Positions 1 to 11,241 of a stretch of DNA of 64,000 nucleotides are shown in pieces; within the stretch, counting starts at the first letter, position 1; each line of letters starts with the position of its first letter. Below the pieces are notes generated by a model that saw only the letters and a program-made list of their open reading frames with translations, made no database searches and was not told where the DNA came from. The DNA comes from an uncultured Spirochaetota bacterium (GTDB lineage: Bacteria; Spirochaetota; Spirochaetia; SZUA-6; Fen-1364), in contig CAVTHO010000004.1 of assembly GCA_963734545.1 (NCBI GenBank), positions 512,001 to 576,000 of the forward strand. The letters run 5' to 3'. The position numbers and the translations under genes are program-made.

Positions 1-1541
1 GATGCACCACGGTTTCACCTCGCGGTTCGCCGGTGGGCGGCCCGGCACCTGCGGTCCGCGCCCTGGACGTGAGCGATCCCGAGGTGCGAGAGACGCCTGA
101 CCCGGTGGATGACGCCGAAGTATCCAAAGCGCAGACCGCGCTCCGCGACGCCAAAGCATGGGGGGCTGAATACTACGAGCCCCGGATGTATGCGGAGGCG
201 CAGGCCGCCTTTGACGCCGCAATGGCCGCACGTGAGGGCACCCCGGCTCGATGCCGTTCTCTTCTCGCCCAGGCAACGGCGGCCGCGAGCTCAGCTAGGG
301 AAGCGGCCCTTGCGGCTTACCAAGAGGACGTGAAGGGCCGGTTCGAGGTATCGCGCGCGAAGCTTGTGGAAATTCGAGCCAACCGAGCCTTCCCGGATGA
401 GTTCACCCGGCTCGTCTCGGGCATTGATGCTACCGCCGGTCTGTTTGCTGCCAGGTCCTACTGGGACGCCCGGCTCCAGGCCTATCACACGCTCAAGGGT
501 ATGGGAGTCCTCATTGAAAGAGTGGTGAGCCTCCAGCGCTGGCTGAGGGACGAGCAGATCCGCGTGGCGAGCGACATCAGCGCTGCTCGGGCGCTCGACG
601 CGCCGGTGTGGGCGCCCACGGAGATGAAGAATGCCGAACAGAAGTATCACGATGCACTGACACAGATGCAGGCCGACGATTTGGAAGCAGCGGTCGACTC
701 AATGAAGGCCGCAGGTCTGATCGCCGTCAGGCTGCCCCTGCTCCGGGACCGGATGGACAAACACGAGGCGGGCGTGCCACTGGCAGACGGGCCAGTTGCT
801 CCAAGGCACGACAACGAGGTGCAGGGTCCCAATCCCGGGGCTCAGCCCCCGTCTGCCGGTCGTCTCCTCGCTGGCCAGCGCGTCCGTATCGCGGAGATGA
901 GCCTGAGCTCCCTGGGGGCTCCGCAGAGACTGTACTCCACGTTTTCGGCCGCGGCTGCTCGTTTCGATCTTGTGGCCGCTGAGGGTCTGAGGGACGCGGG
1001 AATCATGGAGAAGGTACTTGCCGGGCTGGATGACAGTTGGGAAGCTGCCGTGAGCAGAAGCGGCTACTTCGGTTTCATTTACAGCGACAGGATTCAAATG
1101 GTCAAGGAGTTGGGCGCCTACTCTGGAAAAGGCGAGTTTCTCCATGCTCCCTATGCGGCACAATTCAGGCTGGTGGGAACACGCTTTCGCGTGAACCTTG
1201 TCCTCTGCCACGTCGAATCCAACAGGGACCGCAAGACCAAAGCGGCCGAGATTGCCCTTCTGGCGGATGTCCATCGCTACTTTGAGAATCTGACCGGTAA
1301 CCGGGGAATCACGCTCCTCCTCGCCGGAGGGCTCGGTGATCTGCCAGCACAGGCTTCTGAGTCCCTGATACCTCAAGGGGAAATGGTCCCACTGCGCGCG
1401 AACCTCACGGCTGCAGAAGGCCTCCGCGACCACGGGCAGCGAATGTTTGCCAGCGCGCCGCTTCGGTTGCTGATCGAGAAGTCAGGGTTTGGCGCATCGA
1501 CCCCACCCGTTGCCTATGTCACTCTGGGGGCAGGCAAGTAG
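1..1541 (+). CDS. Probable lipoprotein (5' end outside window) with helical Ala-rich repeats and a C-terminal degenerate DNase I/EEP-like domain
   Basis: The frame of ORF 33..1541 is open back to the window start, with TGC ACC ACG (C-T-T) at 3-11, resembling a lipobox Cys. Two helical segments follow (AEYYEPRMYAEAQAAF; APVWAPTEMKNAEQKY). The C-terminal part follows DNase I motif order (RIA..., FDLVAAEGLRD, APYAAQF, LCHV, AEI..LADV). Confidence 0.55.
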   Translation, partial: CTTVSPRGSPVGGPAPAVRALDVSDPEVRETPDPVDDAEVSKAQTALRDAKAWGAEYYEPRMYAEAQAAFDAAMAAREGTPARCRSLLAQATAAASSAREAALAAYQEDVKGRFEVSRAKLVEIRANRAFPDEFTRLVSGIDATAGLFAARSYWDARLQAYHTLKGMGVLIERVVSLQRWLRDEQIRVASDISAARALDAPVWAPTEMKNAEQKYHDALTQMQADDLEAAVDSMKAAGLIAVRLPLLRDRMDKHEAGVPLADGPVAPRHDNEVQGPNPGAQPPSAGRLLAGQRVRIAEMSLSSLGAPQRLYSTFSAAAARFDLVAAEGLRDAGIMEKVLAGLDDSWEAAVSRSGYFGFIYSDRIQMVKELGAYSGKGEFLHAPYAAQFRLVGTRFRVNLVLCHVESNRDRKTKAAEIALLADVHRYFENLTGNRGITLLLAGGLGDLPAQASESLIPQGEMVPLRANLTAAEGLRDHGQRMFASAPLRLLIEKSGFGASTPPVAYVTLGAGK

Positions 1542-1547
1542 GTCTTG

Positions 1548-3533
1548 TCAAGCGATGCGTGTCACCCTCTCGAACACCGGTATCCGCTCGATCGGCGCGG
1601 CGCATTCGACGGTCTGGCCGCCTTCCAGGAGTGAGCCGTCGTACAGGTTCTTCCAGCGACCGTCCGGCAGATAGACCATTCTCGATCGCAGGGAGGGCGC
1701 GAGGACCGGAGCGACAAGCAGGTCGCAGAAAAGGAACTCGTCTTCCACGGCCCATGCTTTCGGGTCCTCCGGGTAGTCGAAAAAAAGCGGCCGCATCGGC
1801 GGAACGCCCGTCTCGTGGGCGGAACGCATGGCCTCCACAATCCGAGGCCGCAGGCTCTCTCGCAGCTCGATGTGCTTCGCGCAGATCTCGTAGATCTCCT
1901 CGCCGTAGCTCCATATCTCGTTCGGGGCGCCGGAGCGGCAGGGAGCGCCACCGGTGGTGCCGACCTGGGGCTGCCGGGGCTCGCGGTCTCCGTGCAGGCG
2001 CATGACCGGACAGAAGGTCCCATACTCGAACCACCGTGCGAAAAGCTCGCGGAACCCGGGGTCATTCGGGTCACCGCCGTGAAAACCGCCGATGTCGGTC
2101 GTCCACCACGGGATGCCCGCAACGCCCATGTTCAGCCCCGCCGCGAGCTGGTTGCGCAAGCTCTTCCAGCTCGAGTGGATGTCCCCCGACCAGACCAGGG
2201 CGCCGTAGCGCTGGCTGCCGGCCCAGGAGCATCGGACCAGGTTGATGATTTTTTCCTGCCCCGCCGCCGACATGCCTTCATAGAAGGCCCTCGCATACAT
2301 GAAGGGATAGATGTTCCCGACGGCGAGGTCCGAGCCGAGGTGATACCGGTAATTGTCGAAGTCATACGCCGTGTATTCGGGCTCGGCCTCGTCCAGCCAG
2401 AACACACGGATACCCTTGTCATAGTAGTTTTTCTTGACCTTGGCCCAGACGTATTCGCGCGCCGCGGCCTTGGTGGCGTCGAAGTGGAGCGTGTTGCCCT
2501 GGAAGTCCATCGAAACGCGTATGCCGCGCTCCGTGCGGATGAGATGGCCGAGATCGCGCATCTCCGCGAAGTTCTCGCTGCGGTAGTCCACGGTCGGCCA
2601 GATGGAGACCATCAGCTCGATTCCCATTGCCTTGAGCTCCGCGATCATGGCTTCGGGATCCGGCCAGTAGGTCGGATCGAAGCGCCAATCTCCCTGGGTG
2701 GGCCAATGGAAGAAGTCGACGACGATGACGGACAGCGGCACACCCCGGCGCCTGTACTCCCGCGCGACCCCGAGCAGCTCCTCCTGGGTCTGGTAGCGCA
2801 GCTTGCACTGCCAGAATCCCATGGCGAAGTCCGGCATCATGGGCACCCTTCCGGTCACGCCTGTGTAGCGCTCCAGGATGTCCCGCGGACGGTCGGCGGC
2901 CACCACCCAATAGTCGAGGGCCTTGCTCGAGGATGAACGCCAGACCGTGCCGTTCTTGGCGAAGGTGGCCCGGCCGATCGAGGGATTGTTCCAGAGGAAG
3001 CCGTAGCCGAGGCTCGACAGGCAGAAAGGAACGCTCGCCTGTGAGTTGCGGTGCGCGAGCTCGAGCTCGGTGCCCTTCAGATCGAGGTACGGCTGCTGGT
3101 ACTGCCCCATGCCGTAGATCCGCTCGTCGGCGGAGAGCGACTCGAATCGGGCCGTAAGTTCGTAGTCGCCGCCAATGATGGGGCGGAACTCGCGCGCCTC
3201 CAGATCCAGGGCCGAGCAGTCTTCGGACAGCACGTCCTTGCGGTTGCGCAGGGACTCCGTGAGGATCGGCTGCCCGCGCGCACCGAAGAAGGTGAGCTTC
3301 CCCGACCGGGCGATCTCGGCCCTGATCGCCCCGTTGGAGATCGAGGCCCGCCCCTCGGCGATCTCGATCCGGGCCCGAGCCGGCCGCGGAACAAGGGCCC
3401 AGTCCTCCTCGGGCATGGCGGGCCCTTTCGTGGCCCGCACCCGCAGCGCGTCCGGCCCCCAGGCCTCGATCCAAAGCAGCTCATGATCCTCTTCCCGCGT
3501 GAGCCTGTCCCCGATCCTGACAAGAATCGCCAT
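1548..3533 (-). CDS. Glycoside hydrolase family 31 (alpha-xylosidase/alpha-glucosidase-like)
   Basis: IYGMGQ, GFWQCKLRY, VVDFFHW, nucleophile motif FWLDEAEPE, WSGDI, WTTDIGGF, MRLHG, PPMRPLFFDYP. Confidence 0.93.
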   Translation of the reverse strand: MAILVRIGDRLTREEDHELLWIEAWGPDALRVRATKGPAMPEEDWALVPRPARARIEIAEGRASISNGAIRAEIARSGKLTFFGARGQPILTESLRNRKDVLSEDCSALDLEAREFRPIIGGDYELTARFESLSADERIYGMGQYQQPYLDLKGTELELAHRNSQASVPFCLSSLGYGFLWNNPSIGRATFAKNGTVWRSSSSKALDYWVVAADRPRDILERYTGVTGRVPMMPDFAMGFWQCKLRYQTQEELLGVAREYRRRGVPLSVIVVDFFHWPTQGDWRFDPTYWPDPEAMIAELKAMGIELMVSIWPTVDYRSENFAEMRDLGHLIRTERGIRVSMDFQGNTLHFDATKAAAREYVWAKVKKNYYDKGIRVFWLDEAEPEYTAYDFDNYRYHLGSDLAVGNIYPFMYARAFYEGMSAAGQEKIINLVRCSWAGSQRYGALVWSGDIHSSWKSLRNQLAAGLNMGVAGIPWWTTDIGGFHGGDPNDPGFRELFARWFEYGTFCPVMRLHGDREPRQPQVGTTGGAPCRSGAPNEIWSYGEEIYEICAKHIELRESLRPRIVEAMRSAHETGVPPMRPLFFDYPEDPKAWAVEDEFLFCDLLVAPVLAPSLRSRMVYLPDGRWKNLYDGSLLEGGQTVECAAPIERIPVFERVTRIA

Positions 3534-3545
3534 GCTTCCGCTCTC

Positions 3546-4389
3546 CTATCCTTTGACTGCTCCGCTCGTGAGCCCGCTGATGATGTATTTTTGCATGAAA
3601 ACGAAGATGAAGACGACCGGGACGATCGTGACCACGGCGAAGGCGCTCAGATAGCTCCACTTGGTGCCGTACTGCCCCAGGAAATTGAATATTCCCGCCG
3701 TGATCGGACGCATCGCCTGGTCCTGCAGGAAGGTCATGCCATAGGCCAGGTCGCCCCATCCGTAGAGGAACGAGAAGACAGTGCACACGATCACGCCCGG
3801 AGAGGCGATGGGCAGGAAGACGAGGAGAAAGGCTGAGAATCGGTTGCAGCCATCGATGCAGGAGGCGTCCTCGAGCTCCCTGGGGATGGAGGCGAAATAG
3901 CCCATCAGGATCAGGACCGAAAAAGGGACGCCGATCGTCACGTCGGCGAGGATGGCGGAGAACTGGGTGTTGAGCAGGTGGACGTTCTTGAAAATGATGA
4001 ACATCGGGGTAAGCAGCACCGAGACAGGCAGCATCTGCGTCACGAGGAAGCCCAGGATGAATGCCCGCTTGCCCTTGAACTTGAATCGGGCGATGCCGTA
4101 GGAGGCCGGTATGGCGAGCACGAGGGCAATCAGCATGGCGCAGGACGATATCACGAAGCTGTTCTTGAAGGAGCGGAACATGTTGAAGTCCCCATGCTGC
4201 AGCTGCGCGAAATACGAATCCGTGTTCAGCACGTGCGGCAGCAGGGTCGGCGGTATCTGGAAGATTTCGATCTCCTTCTTGAGCGAGGTCACGACCATCC
4301 AGTACAGCGGGAACATGACGACGACAAAGATGATGATCGAGATGGCGCACCAGGCCGACCGACCTCAGTCTCGCGCCGCGCTTCGTCAT
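3546..4389 (-). CDS. Carbohydrate ABC transporter permease (MalG-like); one frameshift near 4353
   Basis: ATG at 4389 after an AGGAGG RBS. The reading shifts into ORF 3546..4316 (MFPLYWMVVTSLK, EAA loop IPRELEDASCIDG, GLTSGAVKG). Confidence 0.88.
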
Positions 4390-5289
4390 GCGGCCCTCCT
4401 GTCGTCGTACACGTATTTCAGGTAGAAGACGCTCACCGCCAGCAGGATCAGAAAGAGAATATTCGCCGTCGCGGCGCCCTGGCTGTACTTGAAGAGCACG
4501 AAGGAGAGCTTGTAGGAATAGGTGGAGAGCAGGTGGGTCGAGTTGACCGGCCCGCCGTTTGTCATGACGAACACGAGGTCGAATACCTTGAACGTGTAGA
4601 TGAATCCGAGTATCAGCACCGATTCGATTACCGGCTTGAGCATCGGCACGGTGATGAAGAGGAAGGACTGCCGCCTGTTCGCGCCGTCTATGGCCGCGGC
4701 CTCCTTCACGTCGTTCGGGATCGTGGTCAACCCGGTAGAGAGCAGGATCGTATTGAAAGGTATCCCGATCCAGATATTCGCGGCGATCAGGGAGAACATC
4801 GCCGATTGCGGCTGCAGCAGCCACTCTATCGGGTTCTGTGATGATGCCGCAGACCTGGAGGAACTGGTTGATGATGCCGACGTTCGAGCTGAACATGAAC
4901 TTGAACATGAGGGCGGTGACCGTCATCGGGATCATCCACGGCATCATGAGCAGGCCGCGGATGGACTTGGCGAGGGGGAAGCCTGCGTTGAAGAGCAGCG
5001 CGAGCGCGAAGCCGATGGCGAACTGGAAGACGAGGCAGCAGATCGTGAATACGAAGGTGTTCCCCAGGGAGCGCTGGAGCACGCCGTTAGCCAGGAGCGT
5101 CTGGTAGTTGCGCAGGCCGACCAGGGGCTTGCCCAGGGCATTGAGCGTCGTCACCGTGACGTCCTGGATACTGAGGATGAAATTGCTGACAATCGGGTAC
5201 CCGACCAGCAGGAGCATGTACGTGATAGCGGGCAGGACGAAAAGATACCCGATATTCCCGTGCCTGAAAAAGCGCCTGATACGATTCAT
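4386..5289 (-). CDS. Carbohydrate ABC transporter permease (MalF/UgpA-like); one frameshift near 4831
   Basis: The N-half (GYLFVLPA, VGLRNY, PWMIP) is in the 5289 frame and the C-half (EAAAIDGA, FKVFDLVF) is in ORF 4386..4799. Removing one C restores ITEPIEWLLQP. Confidence 0.88.
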
Positions 5290-5387
5290 ATGCGTCCCCG
5301 CGCGGTCCCGGCCCGCAATGCGCGGGAGCGCACGACGCTTCCGCGTTGCGCGCTCCCGTCTCGACGAGAATGACCCAGCGGTCGGCC

Positions 5388-6598
5388 TTACTTCGCGGCG
5401 ACGATGGGGTCGATGGTCTTCTGTGCCTTCGCGGCGGCCGCCTCGGGGGTGGCGATACCCGTGATGGCTTCGTTCATCGCCAGGGACAGGGCGTCGGAGA
5501 TCTCGGGCCAGCGGGGGTGCGGGCCGCGGGGCTTCGCGGAGGCCATCTGCGCGGCGAACACCTTCATGATGGGATCATTGGTGAACTGCGCGGCGGCCAC
5601 GTCCTTGCGCGACGCGATGTAGCCGAAATCGTTGATGTAGGTCTTCATCTCGGCCGGGTTCGCGACGAACTTGAGGAACGCGATGGCCTCGCCCACCTTG
5701 TCACCCTTGACGACGCCGAAGTTCTCGCCGCCGAGGTCGGAGGCCGGTGTCGCGCCGACGGGGAGCTGGACGACGTTCCACTTCAGGTTGGGCGCCTGCT
5801 GGCGCATGGTCGGGACCTGCCAGGGCCGTTGACCATCATCGCAAGGTTCCCGGAGATGAACTGGTTCATGACGTCGCCCTGGGTCCAGTTGATGACTTCC
5901 TTGGGCATGGCTCCGCTCTTCACCAGATCACGGACCAGGGAGAGTGCCCGGATGCCGTTCGCGTTGTTGATCTGGAAGGACGTGTTGCCGCTGCCCCAGA
6001 GGAAGCACAGGAAGCCGAAGGTGCCTTCCTCGTTCTGGACCGAGCTGATGCCGAAGCCGCGGACATTGCCCTTGGTCGTCTTGAGGGCGACGCTCTTCAG
6101 CTCGTCCCAGGTCTTCGGGGGCTTGACCCCGGCGGCCTTCAGCATGTCCTCGTTGTAGTAGAGCGAGAGGCAGTTGCTCCCGAAGGGAATGCCGTAGAGC
6201 CTGCCGTTCAGCCTGCAGGAATTGAGCGGTCCCTCGAAGTACTGCTTGAGGTCGGGCCACGAGGCCAGCTTGTCGGTGATGTCGGCAAAGATGCCCATGG
6301 CGGAATAGGAGGCGTGATCCGGATTGTCGATAATCACGATATCCGGCAGCTCAGAGGCAGCGGCGCCGATGGAAAGCTGCTTCTTGAAGTCCGCGAAGGG
6401 GATGTACTTCGTCACGACCTCGATCGTGCTCTGGGAAGAGTTGAAGTCCTTGCAGACCCTGGCCAGGGTCTCCTGATGCTTCGGCGTCTCCCAGTAGTTC
6501 CAGATCGTTACCGTCTTCTTCGACTGGGCAAAGGCGCCGCTCGTGAGCACCGCGCACATCGCGAAGATCACGAGAGCCAATACGAGGAATCTCTTCAT
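5388..6598 (-). CDS. Sugar ABC transporter substrate-binding protein; one frameshift near 5824
   Basis: Signal peptide MKRFLVLALV..AFA, ELPDIV, LYGIPF, LYYNEDML. Adding one C gives NGPWQVPTM and joins ORF 5388..5807 (DLGGENFGV, PHPRWPEIS). Confidence 0.9.
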
Positions 6599-6734
6599 GC
6601 TGAACCTCCTTGGATTCGAGCGGTGGCTGCGATGAGCCCATGCGCTTGGAAGGCATGGTAGTGGAGGAATTCCAGGGGCACAACGCGAATCTCTTAATAA
6701 AGGTGGACAAGTTTATGCTGACCGAGGCGTATTG

Positions 6735-8279
6735 TCAGCGATTTGCTCTGCGATATTCGGACGGAATGAAGCCGGTCACTTCCTTGAAGACCCTGCAGAA
6801 GTACTTCGCGTCCTGGTAGCCCACCTGCTCCCCGACGGAGCGGAGCTTCAGGTTCGTGCCGATCAGCAGCTCCTTCGCCTTTTGAACGCGATAGTCCCGG
6901 ATATAGGAGCTGAAGGTCACGCCCGTTGCGCGATGGAACTGCGCGCTCAGGTACTCGGGGGTCACGTTGACCTTCAGCGCCACCTCGTTGAGCGAGATAC
7001 CCCGCGCGTACAGCTCGCGGACGAGGTTCTTCGCGCGCCGGACCAGGGACCCATCGCCCTGGGCCTCTCCTTCATCCCGAGGGAAGAGCCCGAGCAGCAT
7101 GTTCCGCGCCTCTTCGAGCTCGGGCCATGTGACGGCAAAGGTGATCCGCTCCAGTATCTTCTGCTGGTCGAGCGAGGCGTAGCTTTCGTACTCGATCTCT
7201 CGGGCGGTCGTGAGCACGCTCCAGACGAACCTGACGAGGGCGCTCTTGATCTCCTTCGGCGCATATACCTTCTCCCCGCGCAGAGAGCGCAGGAACTCGT
7301 CTATCCCCGCCTCGTAGCGCTGGCGGTCGTACGCGCAGAAGGCGGATCGGACCGCGCTCTCGATCGTGACGGGATACGCCAGGGGAAAGACGCTCCTTCG
7401 ATCGACGTCCGGCCAGACGAGCAGGTCCTCGCCGCCCAGGACGATATTCCAGTCCAGGCAGGCCTCCAGCTCCTGCGTCGTGTCCCTGAGACGGGCGATA
7501 TCCGTGAATGAGGCCCATCCGACGCAGATGCCCTTCGGCCTCGCCTCCCTGAGGCGCGGCACGAATGAGCGGGCGAACCAGTCGCGGAGCGCGCCCTCGT
7601 TGTCGATGTTGAGAGCGACCACGACCAGCCTCTTCGCGCCGGCCAGCTCGAGGAGCCGGTGCTCGAAGCCGGGCGCCTTCGCGAGGATCGACTGCGCAAG
7701 CTTCAACAGGCTCTTCACTTCCCTGTCGTCGCTCGATCCCACATGGACGGCAGCGAGCGCGAAGCAGCCCTCGGTGTTGACCCCCCAGTGCTGCGTGAGG
7801 AAAGACCTCAGATCCGCGTCGACGCGGGCTCCGCCGAGGATAAGCGAATACAGCACGCCCTCCAGGGAGAGCCCTTCTTCCTTCTGCTTCGGTTCCCGTT
7901 CGAGTGAGATCTGCTCCTCGACCCGCTTCAGGGCGCGAGTCAGGTCCCCGACCTTGATCGGCTTGAGCAGATACTCGCTGACGCCGAGCTTGATGGCCTG
8001 GCATGCGTAGGAGAACTCCGAATATGCGCTCAGCACGATCGCCTTCACCGTGATCGATTTTTCCTGGAGCTGGTACAGCATCTCCAGACCGTCGAGATCG
8101 GGCATGCGCACGTCTGTGATCACCAGGTCCGGCCGCAGCCTGGCGACGATGCGTATGCCGGCAAGGCCGTCCTCGGCCTCGCCCACGATCTCGTACGAGG
8201 GATCGATCCTGCGGATGAGCCGGGCCAGGCCTTCGCGTATCCTGAGCTCGTCCTCGACGATCGCGATCTTCATCGCCAT
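6735..8279 (-). CDS. Two-component response regulator, receiver plus AraC HTH (YesN-like)
   Basis: IVEDE, ITDVRMPDLDGL, YLLKP, and a C-terminal AraC signature (GYQDAKYFCRVFKEVTGFIPSEYR). Confidence 0.93.
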   Translation of the reverse strand: MAMKIAIVEDELRIREGLARLIRRIDPSYEIVGEAEDGLAGIRIVARLRPDLVITDVRMPDLDGLEMLYQLQEKSITVKAIVLSAYSEFSYACQAIKLGVSEYLLKPIKVGDLTRALKRVEEQISLEREPKQKEEGLSLEGVLYSLILGGARVDADLRSFLTQHWGVNTEGCFALAAVHVGSSDDREVKSLLKLAQSILAKAPGFEHRLLELAGAKRLVVVALNIDNEGALRDWFARSFVPRLREARPKGICVGWASFTDIARLRDTTQELEACLDWNIVLGGEDLLVWPDVDRRSVFPLAYPVTIESAVRSAFCAYDRQRYEAGIDEFLRSLRGEKVYAPKEIKSALVRFVWSVLTTAREIEYESYASLDQQKILERITFAVTWPELEEARNMLLGLFPRDEGEAQGDGSLVRRAKNLVRELYARGISLNEVALKVNVTPEYLSAQFHRATGVTFSSYIRDYRVQKAKELLIGTNLKLRSVGEQVGYQDAKYFCRVFKEVTGFIPSEYRRANR

Positions 8280-8291
8280 TCTCCCGGGAAC

Positions 8292-10123
8292 CTACGCGGC
8301 GGGGACGTCGATGCGCACGCGGGTCCCCCCGCCGGGGGCGCCTTCGACCTCCACACGCGTCTCGCTTCCGTAATACATCTTTATGCGGGCGATCGCCGCG
8401 CGCATGCCGACATGGCCCCTCCCGCTGGGCTCAGGGACAGACCCGCTGTCCAGGTCGCGAAGGGCGGTCTCGCTGATGCCCCTCCCGTTGTCCGCGATGA
8501 CGATCCGGATCCTGGCATCCACCCGCGCGATGGAGACGGCCAGCTCGTGCCTGCCCTCGACGCCCCGGAAGCCGTGGAGGATCGCGTTCTCCACGAAGGG
8601 CTGGAAGAGCAGCTTGTGGATGCGGCAGGCGCGGGCCGCGGGATCGAGGTCCAGCGTGAAGTCGAAGGAGCCCTTCACGCGCGTCTGCTGGAGGGAGATG
8701 TAATTCTTCAGCCAGGCCACTTCCTGTTCGATCTCAACGACTCCATTGCTGTTGTCGATGCCGTAGCGGAAAATCTCGGCCAATGTGTTGATCGCGTTGC
8801 TGATCTCGAACTCGTTGCGATCGATCGCCATCCAGTTGATCATATCCAGCGTGTTGTAGAGGAAATGCGGATTGACCTGGGCCTCCAGGGCGGCGATCTC
8901 GGCGTTCCGCTGCTTCGTCGAGGCGTTCTGCACTTCTTCGAGCAGAGCGCCGAGCTTCGCGATCATGAGGTTGAAGTTCGCCGCGATTGTGTCGATCTCC
9001 AGCGGCATCGCCCTGTTGTTCGCGATCCTGGCAGAAAGGTCACCGGCGGCCGCCGCGTTCATGGCGTCCACCACGATGCCGATCGATCGCGTGAGGCGAC
9101 CGGTAGTGAGAAAAATGATCGCAAAGAGCACGGCAACCGAGGACAGGACGACGATGACCGTGATCCGCTGCTGGGCCGATACTTCCTGATACATGACCCC
9201 CTGATTCCGGGCAGCGATGATGCTCCAGCCCGTCTTCGCCTCCTGCAGCTCGTACAGCGACAGCCTCTTGGGGCCTGAGCTGCCGCGCCAGTTACCATCC
9301 GCCTGATCGCATCTCTCCGCTGTGATGGATCGGCGGGAAGATCGAGCCGCTTGCCGACATAGGACTTGTCGGGATACGAGACGACCGTCCCGTCGCCGGA
9401 GAGGATGAAGATCGAGTCTTCCACCGTGCCGCCCGAGGCCGGATCCGGCCGCTCATCGCAAATCTCGCCGAGCATCCTCTCGTCGATGGAGAGGATGACA
9501 ATGCCGTTCTTTATCCAGATATCCTTGTAGTCGATCAGGCGATGCGCCAGGTGAAAGAGGTAGTAGTTCTTCGGCGCATAGAAGGAGGCGAGCTGAGAAG
9601 GAAACACGCACGTCTCGTTCCCCTCGATTACCGACTGGTAGAGCCGGGACGGCTGGCCTCCCGCGATGTCGAGCCAGGAGGTCTTGGTGTTGTAGCCCGT
9701 CAGCAGATCATCGAACACCATCCTCCCGCTGCTGGCGAGAACGACGATCGACTGTACATAGGGCATGGCGTAGGCGTAGGAATGCAGCGCCCGGCGCAGC
9801 TGGCCCGAATTGAACTCGATGTTCTCTCCGTTGTTTACCTTGTTGACCAGTTCGATGATGTGATCGTCCGTGTACATCTGGTGGAGGAGATCCTCGTAGA
9901 AATCCAATTTCGTCCTGATCGTCTTGCGCGTCTGTACGAGATTGATATTCTCGAGGGCGTCGATCTTCTTCTGCAGCTTTCCCGCGATGTTGTAGTAGGA
10001 CACGATCTGAATAACGATCACCGGCATGATCGACAGAATGCAGAAGGAAACGATCAGCCGATATCTGAAGCTTCGCTTCGCAGAGATAAAGCGAAGCAGG
10101 GAAGGCATCCGCATGGTGTGCAT
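8292..10123 (-). CDS. Sensor histidine kinase (YesM-like: Cache, HAMP, His_kinase); one frameshift near 9285
   Basis: N-terminal TM and periplasmic domain in ORF 9059..10123; QVNPHFLYNTL, QPFVENAILHG, DNGRG in ORF 8292..9194. One indel joins them via PKRLSLYELQEAKTGWSII. Confidence 0.9.
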
Positions 10124-10260
10124 TATGCCTTTTCTCGCGCAAAACGCAAGAAAAAGTGTCGTCGGCGGGCTGCGGCCAGGCGGGGCGGCGTCCGTGATCC
10201 CGGTACTCAGGTTACGGACCCCCGGGATGCCCGGCCCGAAACGGACAGATCAGACCACCC

Positions 10261-10524
10261 GTGACGGCGCCTGCCTCCCGAGGGTACACACAGGTGCAGA
10301 TTGCCGAGACGTGGCAGGTCACTGATCGAACGGTCCGCACCTACCTCAGGTACGCGCCTCGGGAGAGGAAACGGCCGGTGAGGACAAGCAAGGTTGACCC
10401 GCACAAGGCGCTCATCGGCGAAGTGCTGTTCGAGAGGCTGCTGAGGCTTGGCTACACGGGAAAGAAGTCGATCTTGAAACAGTCCGGATTTGTGCATTTG
10501 ATTCGGGCGATGCCCTTCGTGTAA
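10261..10524 (+). mobile_element. IS21-family transposase (IstA) N-terminal remnant, internally deleted
   Basis: HTH GYTQVQIAETWQVTDRTVRTYL, SKVDPHK and EVLFERLLRLGYTGKKSILK match the IstA N-terminus. No DDE core and no istB follow. Confidence 0.7.
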
Positions 10525-10576
10525 TCGCCGCCGGCGGCAGGCGGACCTTGCCCAGCCGGGTGGTCAACTCATCGTC

Positions 10577-11137
10577 ATGGGTGCAACCTTTGGTAGAGGC
10601 AGGCACATCTACCCAGGTATTGACCCCTCCCCTGCTTCCCGGCACCATGGTCCGCACAGATGATAGGCGCTTCCTTCCCAGACTTCCATGACGCGGTCAG
10701 AGCTGCCGCCGCGCTGATCCGTTCCTCCCGATACCTTACCGCCTTCACCGGCGCGGGGATCAGCGTGGAAAGCGGCATCCCGCCCTTCCGCGGCGCAGGC
10801 GGGCTGTGGGACCGCTATGACCCGCGCACCCTGGAGATCGAGTTCTTCCTCCGGCACCCCGAGCAGGCCTGGCCGGTGATCAGGGAGATCTTCTACGACA
10901 ACTTCGGCAGGGCGCGGCCCAATGCGGCGCACGAGGCGCTGGCCGCCTGGGAAGCGCGGGGCCTGTTGAAGTGCCTCATCACGCAGAACATCGACAACCT
11001 GCACTACTCGGCAGGCAGCAGGAATATCGTCGAGTTCCACGGCAACTCCCGCCTGCTCGCATGCCTGTCCTGCGGCGCGCGCGTGGAGGCGCACCCCGAC
11101 CTCTTGAAGAGTCTCCCGCCCCGCTGTTCATGCGGCG
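10577..11137 (+). repeat. Copy 1 of the promoter + sirtuin-5' repeat module
   Basis: Starts ATGGGTGCAACC, carries TTGACC-N17-CACCAT (10620-10648). 10705-11137 aligns ungapped to 13936-14368 with 6 mismatches by eye. Confidence 0.95.
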
Positions 11138-11241
11138 AGGTGTTACCCTCTATGGATGATGACCTCATCTTCCACGGCGCCACGTCGTTCGGACGGTCCG
11201 GGCGGCATGAGGCTGGAGAGGTCTACTCCCCGGAAGGATAA
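10660..11241 (+). pseudogene. cobB: Truncated sirtuin (homology ends at 11137, just after the Zn-finger CSCG) with an unrelated C-terminal tail
   Basis: Keeps [26 protein letters not shown] and both Cys pairs, but lacks KPDFIFFGE, GSTGEVYPA and EVNPE. Confidence 0.85.

Noticed and set aside
3481-5289. 602-aa ORF suggesting one large fused permease
   Set aside because: It is the first permease N-half running out of frame after an indel; the two real permeases are recoverable in other frames.
4340-9290. Programmed frameshifting or phase variation in the sugar locus
   Set aside because: No slippery heptamers or long simple repeats at the shift sites, and similar indels occur throughout the window.
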